Source of the DNA: Candidatus Poribacteria bacterium
Lineage (GTDB): Bacteria > Poribacteria > WGA-4E > WGA-3G
Reading direction: 5' to 3'
NCBI GenBank assembly: GCA_965215265.1
Contig: OZ244048.1
Location: 640,001-704,000, forward strand
Length of the DNA stretch: 64,000 nucleotides
Position 1 is the stretch's first letter, and every line of letters begins with the position of its first letter. The notes under the pieces are model-generated. The model was not told the origin of the DNA. It searched no databases and saw nothing but the letters and a program-made list of their open reading frames with translations. The position numbers were made by a program, and so were the translations under genes. This document shows positions 60,448-64,000 of the stretch, piece after piece.

Positions 60448-61413
60448 ATGCTGATGAGTACTAAAATACTTATCCCGTTGATTATTATTCTGATCCTCGC
60501 GGTGCCTTTTGCTCTGGGTACGTTCTATATTATTCCGGAAGGGGAACAAGTTGTCATTACAGAGTTCGGCCGTCCTATTGGGGAGCCTGTTGTCACGGCG
60601 GGCTTAAAAATAAGAACACCGTTTATTCAGCAAGTCCATCGCTTCGAGAAGCGCGTATTGGAATGGGATGGTTCGCCAAACCAGATTCCAACGAAGGATA
60701 AAAAATTTATCTGGCTGGATACAACGGCGCGTTGGCGAATTAAAGACGCGCTCAAATTCTATCAGGCACTCGGAACGGAAGAATTCGCACAATCCCGTCT
60801 TGATGACATTATTGATTCTGCAGCGCGGGATTTAGTGACAGCTCAACTTTTAATTGAAGTCGTGCGGAATTCAAACCGTGTGCTTGAACTGGATATGGCA
60901 ACCCTCGAAGATGAAGAAGCCCAATCCGGGGAGCCTTTGGAAGAAATTCAGAGCGGTAGAGAACAGATTACACAGATGATCCTTGAAAAAGTACAGGAGA
61001 CTGTACCCCAATTCGGCATTGAGCTGGTTGATGTCCGGATTAAACGGATCAACTATGTTGACGAAGTCCGTCAGAAAGTCTTTGCACGCATGATTTCCGA
61101 ACGTCAGCGTATTTCTGAAAAATACAAATCCGAGGGCGAGGGTGAAGCTGCGAACATCATGGGGCAGAAACAGAAGGAATTGGAACGGATTGAATCAGAA
61201 GCCTACAAGCAAGCAGAACAGATTAAAGGGAATTCAGATGCTGAAGCCATTCAAATCTACGCAGAAGCACACGGAAAAGATCCGGAGTTTTTTGCGTTTC
61301 TCCAAACCCTTGAAACCTATCGCACGACGACTAACGCAAGTATGAAACTCGTATTAACAACTGATAGTGAACTTTATAAGTATCTCAAAGACAGTCAATT
61401 GCTTAAACGTTAA
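60448..61413 (+). CDS. hflC: FtsH modulator HflC
   Basis: T.DKK, W.I.D, FGIE.VDVRIKR, RM.SER, DPEFF.F. Confidence 0.94.
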   Translation: MLMSTKILIPLIIILILAVPFALGTFYIIPEGEQVVITEFGRPIGEPVVTAGLKIRTPFIQQVHRFEKRVLEWDGSPNQIPTKDKKFIWLDTTARWRIKDALKFYQALGTEEFAQSRLDDIIDSAARDLVTAQLLIEVVRNSNRVLELDMATLEDEEAQSGEPLEEIQSGREQITQMILEKVQETVPQFGIELVDVRIKRINYVDEVRQKVFARMISERQRISEKYKSEGEGEAANIMGQKQKELERIESEAYKQAEQIKGNSDAEAIQIYAEAHGKDPEFFAFLQTLETYRTTTNASMKLVLTTDSELYKYLKDSQLLKR

Positions 61414-61424
61414 ATGGAGAGACT

Positions 61425-62447
61425 ATGAAACAGGCAGCAATTTTAGGTGAACGACAAGCCGGGCTCGTTGAAGTACCAGACCCGATGCCGAAAGAGGATT
61501 GGGTAGTTGTCAAAATACACGCTTCACCGATGTGTACAGAATATCACGCTTTTGAACATGGACACAAGACCGATTTCCTCGGACATGAAGCAGCGGGTGA
61601 GGTCGTCGATATCGCACAACCCGGAAAGGTAGAAGTAGGCGATCGCGTGGTTGTGATGCCGCAATATCCGTGTGGGACATGTGTACTGTGTACCGACGGT
61701 GATTACATCCACTGTGAAAGCAACTATAATTTTGAGGAATTTACGGGTTCGCGGTACGGCAGCTCGACAATGGCACAATACATTCTCAAACCGTCTTGGC
61801 TGCTTCCGAGGATTCCGGATAACGTTTCCTATGAACACGCCTCACTTGCATGTTGTGCGTTGGGGCCATCATATCGTGCGTTTGATGAGATGGGGTTGAA
61901 TGCGACACATACGGTGCTGATTACCGGCATAGGGCCCGTTGGTTTCGGGGCCATTACAAATGCGCGATTTCGAGGAGCGAAGGTCATTGCGGCGGAACTG
62001 ATTCCATGGCGCGTGGAACGCGCGAAACAGATGGGGGTTGACGCTGTCATCAATCCGACCGATGAAGATGCAGTGCAGCAAGTTCATGAGCTCACAACGG
62101 ATGGCCGTGGGGTTGATTTTGCCCTTGATTGTTCGGGTAGCGTCCAGGCGCATCGACTCTGCATTGATGTAACACGGCGGCGTGGCACGGTTGCATTTGT
62201 TGGACAAAGCGGCAGAAATGACACTGTTATCCACGTCAGCCCGGATCTTATCGGCAAAGGATTGCGTCTCGTCGGGGCATGGCACTATAATCTCAGTCAA
62301 TTTCCAGGTCTAATGAAGGTGATTGAAGGTTCTCCGCTGCTTGATCTGCTTATCAGCAACATTTTCCCCATGAGCGAGATCCAGCAGGCGTTTGAGACTT
62401 CAACATCTCATGAAAGTTCCAAGATTCTCCTCAAGCCTTGGGAGTAA
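61425..62447 (+). CDS. Zn-dependent medium-chain dehydrogenase
   Basis: C.TE, GHE..G, CGTC..C...C, GIGPVG. Confidence 0.92.
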   Translation: MKQAAILGERQAGLVEVPDPMPKEDWVVVKIHASPMCTEYHAFEHGHKTDFLGHEAAGEVVDIAQPGKVEVGDRVVVMPQYPCGTCVLCTDGDYIHCESNYNFEEFTGSRYGSSTMAQYILKPSWLLPRIPDNVSYEHASLACCALGPSYRAFDEMGLNATHTVLITGIGPVGFGAITNARFRGAKVIAAELIPWRVERAKQMGVDAVINPTDEDAVQQVHELTTDGRGVDFALDCSGSVQAHRLCIDVTRRRGTVAFVGQSGRNDTVIHVSPDLIGKGLRLVGAWHYNLSQFPGLMKVIEGSPLLDLLISNIFPMSEIQQAFETSTSHESSKILLKPWE

Positions 62448-62450
62448 AGC

Positions 62451-63845
62451 ATGCGTGATACAAAAGCCCCCAATATCTTGTTGATTGTTTCCGACGATCA
62501 CGCTGCCCCAGCCATTAGTTGCTATGGGCACCGGTTGAATCGCACCCCGAATATTGACAGAATTGGTGCCGGCGGCATGCGTTTCAACAACTGCTTCTGT
62601 ACGAATGCTATCTGCACACCGGCACGCGGTTCTATCCTTACCGGCAAATATAGCCATAAAACCGGCATTAAAACGCTCGCGGATACCATTGATCACGCAC
62701 AGGAGCAGACCGTTGCCCAGATGCTTCATCGCCATGGATATCAGACTGCGATTGTCGGGAAATGGCACCTCGGACACGGCGGTACTCATGACCCACACGG
62801 TTTTGATTATTGGAATGTGTTTCCTGTCCAAGGAAAGCACATTGATCCGGACATGATTGAGATGGGGCAGCGGAAAACATTCAATGGATACTCGGCGGAT
62901 GTCGTAACCGACTCTTCATTGGCGTGGTTGCAATGCAGACAGGATAATGCACCGTTTTTCCTTATGACAACCTATAAAGCGACGCATGACCCGTTTTTTC
63001 CTAATCCGAAGCACCTTAACCTATATACCGGACCCGTTCCAGAGCCGCCAACGTTTAATGATAACTATCAAAATCGGGCGGCGGCAGCCGCGATGAATAC
63101 AGCCCAGGTCGGCTTAATGCAACTGAAGAATCACTTGCCCGAGCCAACGCCCGAACATCTCAGGAATGATGCATTGAAGCAGTGGAACTATCAGTGCTAC
63201 ATGCAGAACTACTTCCGCTGTGCACATGCTATTGACGAAAACGTTGGAAGACTGCTTGATTATCTTGATGAAGAGGGTTTGGCAGAAGATACGCTCGTCA
63301 TCTATTCCGCAGACCACGGTTTCTTTTTAGGGGATCACGGTTGGTATGATAAAAGGTTCATGTACGAAGAATCAATTCGGATTCCATTGCTTGTGAGGTA
63401 TCCACGCGAAATTCCACCCGCAGTCGTCAGCGAACAGATTGCACTGAACGTCGATTTTGCACCGACGCTTCTTGATTACGCTGGACTTCCGATTCCAGAC
63501 GATGTGCAGGGCAGGAGCCTCCGTACTTCATTAGGAGGTGAAACGCCAGATGATTGGCGTACATCAATGTACTACCGGTATTGGATGCACCGCGCACATT
63601 TCAACATTCCAGCGCATTACGGTGTGCGGACAGAACGATACAAACTAATCTATTATTATGGACAATCCCTCGGGGCATCTGGTGCAGTAGATCGGGACAC
63701 ACCGCCAGAATGGGAACTGTTTGACTTAGAGAAGGATCCGCATGAGATGAACAACGTCTACACACAGGCCGCGTACGCCGGAGCTGTTGTGGAGTTGAAG
63801 GGCGAACTGCAACGGCTGCGGGATGAACTAGAGGATTACGAGTGA
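62451..63845 (+). CDS. Cys-type sulfatase
   Basis: SDDH, CTPARGS, GKWHLG, DHGFFLGDHG.YDKR. Confidence 0.93.
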   Translation: MRDTKAPNILLIVSDDHAAPAISCYGHRLNRTPNIDRIGAGGMRFNNCFCTNAICTPARGSILTGKYSHKTGIKTLADTIDHAQEQTVAQMLHRHGYQTAIVGKWHLGHGGTHDPHGFDYWNVFPVQGKHIDPDMIEMGQRKTFNGYSADVVTDSSLAWLQCRQDNAPFFLMTTYKATHDPFFPNPKHLNLYTGPVPEPPTFNDNYQNRAAAAAMNTAQVGLMQLKNHLPEPTPEHLRNDALKQWNYQCYMQNYFRCAHAIDENVGRLLDYLDEEGLAEDTLVIYSADHGFFLGDHGWYDKRFMYEESIRIPLLVRYPREIPPAVVSEQIALNVDFAPTLLDYAGLPIPDDVQGRSLRTSLGGETPDDWRTSMYYRYWMHRAHFNIPAHYGVRTERYKLIYYYGQSLGASGAVDRDTPPEWELFDLEKDPHEMNNVYTQAAYAGAVVELKGELQRLRDELEDYE

Positions 63846-63860
63846 AATTGGAGGTTAAGA

Positions 63861-63896
63861 ACTCGTCGTCGCGCAATCCATTGCACGACGACGAGT
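63861..63896. terminator. Strong stem-loop after the sulfatase
   Basis: ACTCGTCGTCGCGCAA-tcca-TTGCACGACGACGAGT; no U tract. Confidence 0.5.
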
Positions 63897-64000
63897 CAAA
63901 CGGATGGACAGATCTTTACACATCGGGATTCTTCGAAACAGAGCCGCCTCAGGGGTTCAAACAGATAGTCCCAGAGGTGCAAATAGGATATGCACCCGCA

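Noticed and set aside
1-64000. tRNA, rRNA, tmRNA or prophage genes
   Set aside because: No cloverleaf or rRNA-like stretch, integrase or phage structural gene was recognised by eye.

Overview
Bacterial chromosomal window with about 50 genes, no rRNA/tRNA and no convincing CRISPR array. The gene content (many signal-peptide LamG/jelly-roll proteins, Cys-type sulfatases, PhyH, TPR, CRTAC1/ASPIC-UnbV, AAA-nuclease) resembles Candidatus Poribacteria; this is an inference, not a marker-gene result. Housekeeping genes include argS, mtnP, a TM-type tRNase Z, ubiX, a UbiA/MqnP prenyltransferase, argC-lpxB-lpxK, ggt and hflKC. Family names are from motif recognition only; no database search was run. 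Main observations: (1) eight secreted proteins with at least four different passenger folds all end in the same ~18-aa tail, [VI]-[EDQ]-[PA]-x2-K-[LI]-x3-W-[AG]-x-[IL]-K, a candidate undescribed C-terminal sorting signal; five are tandem and are followed by a large unknown membrane protein. (2) A ~70-80-aa module is inserted in frame into two unrelated host domains, with one copy apparently nested inside another within a split SH3b domain. (3) A helicase-less Type ISP-like nuclease-methyltransferase gene has an apparently leaderless promoter, back-to-back with a promoter that points into a non-coding, repeat-rich region; a GC-skew and gene-orientation switch lies nearby. (4) A conserved intercistronic hairpin occurs three times in the same orientation relative to transcription. 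(5) One LamG gene is split by a single in-frame TAG.
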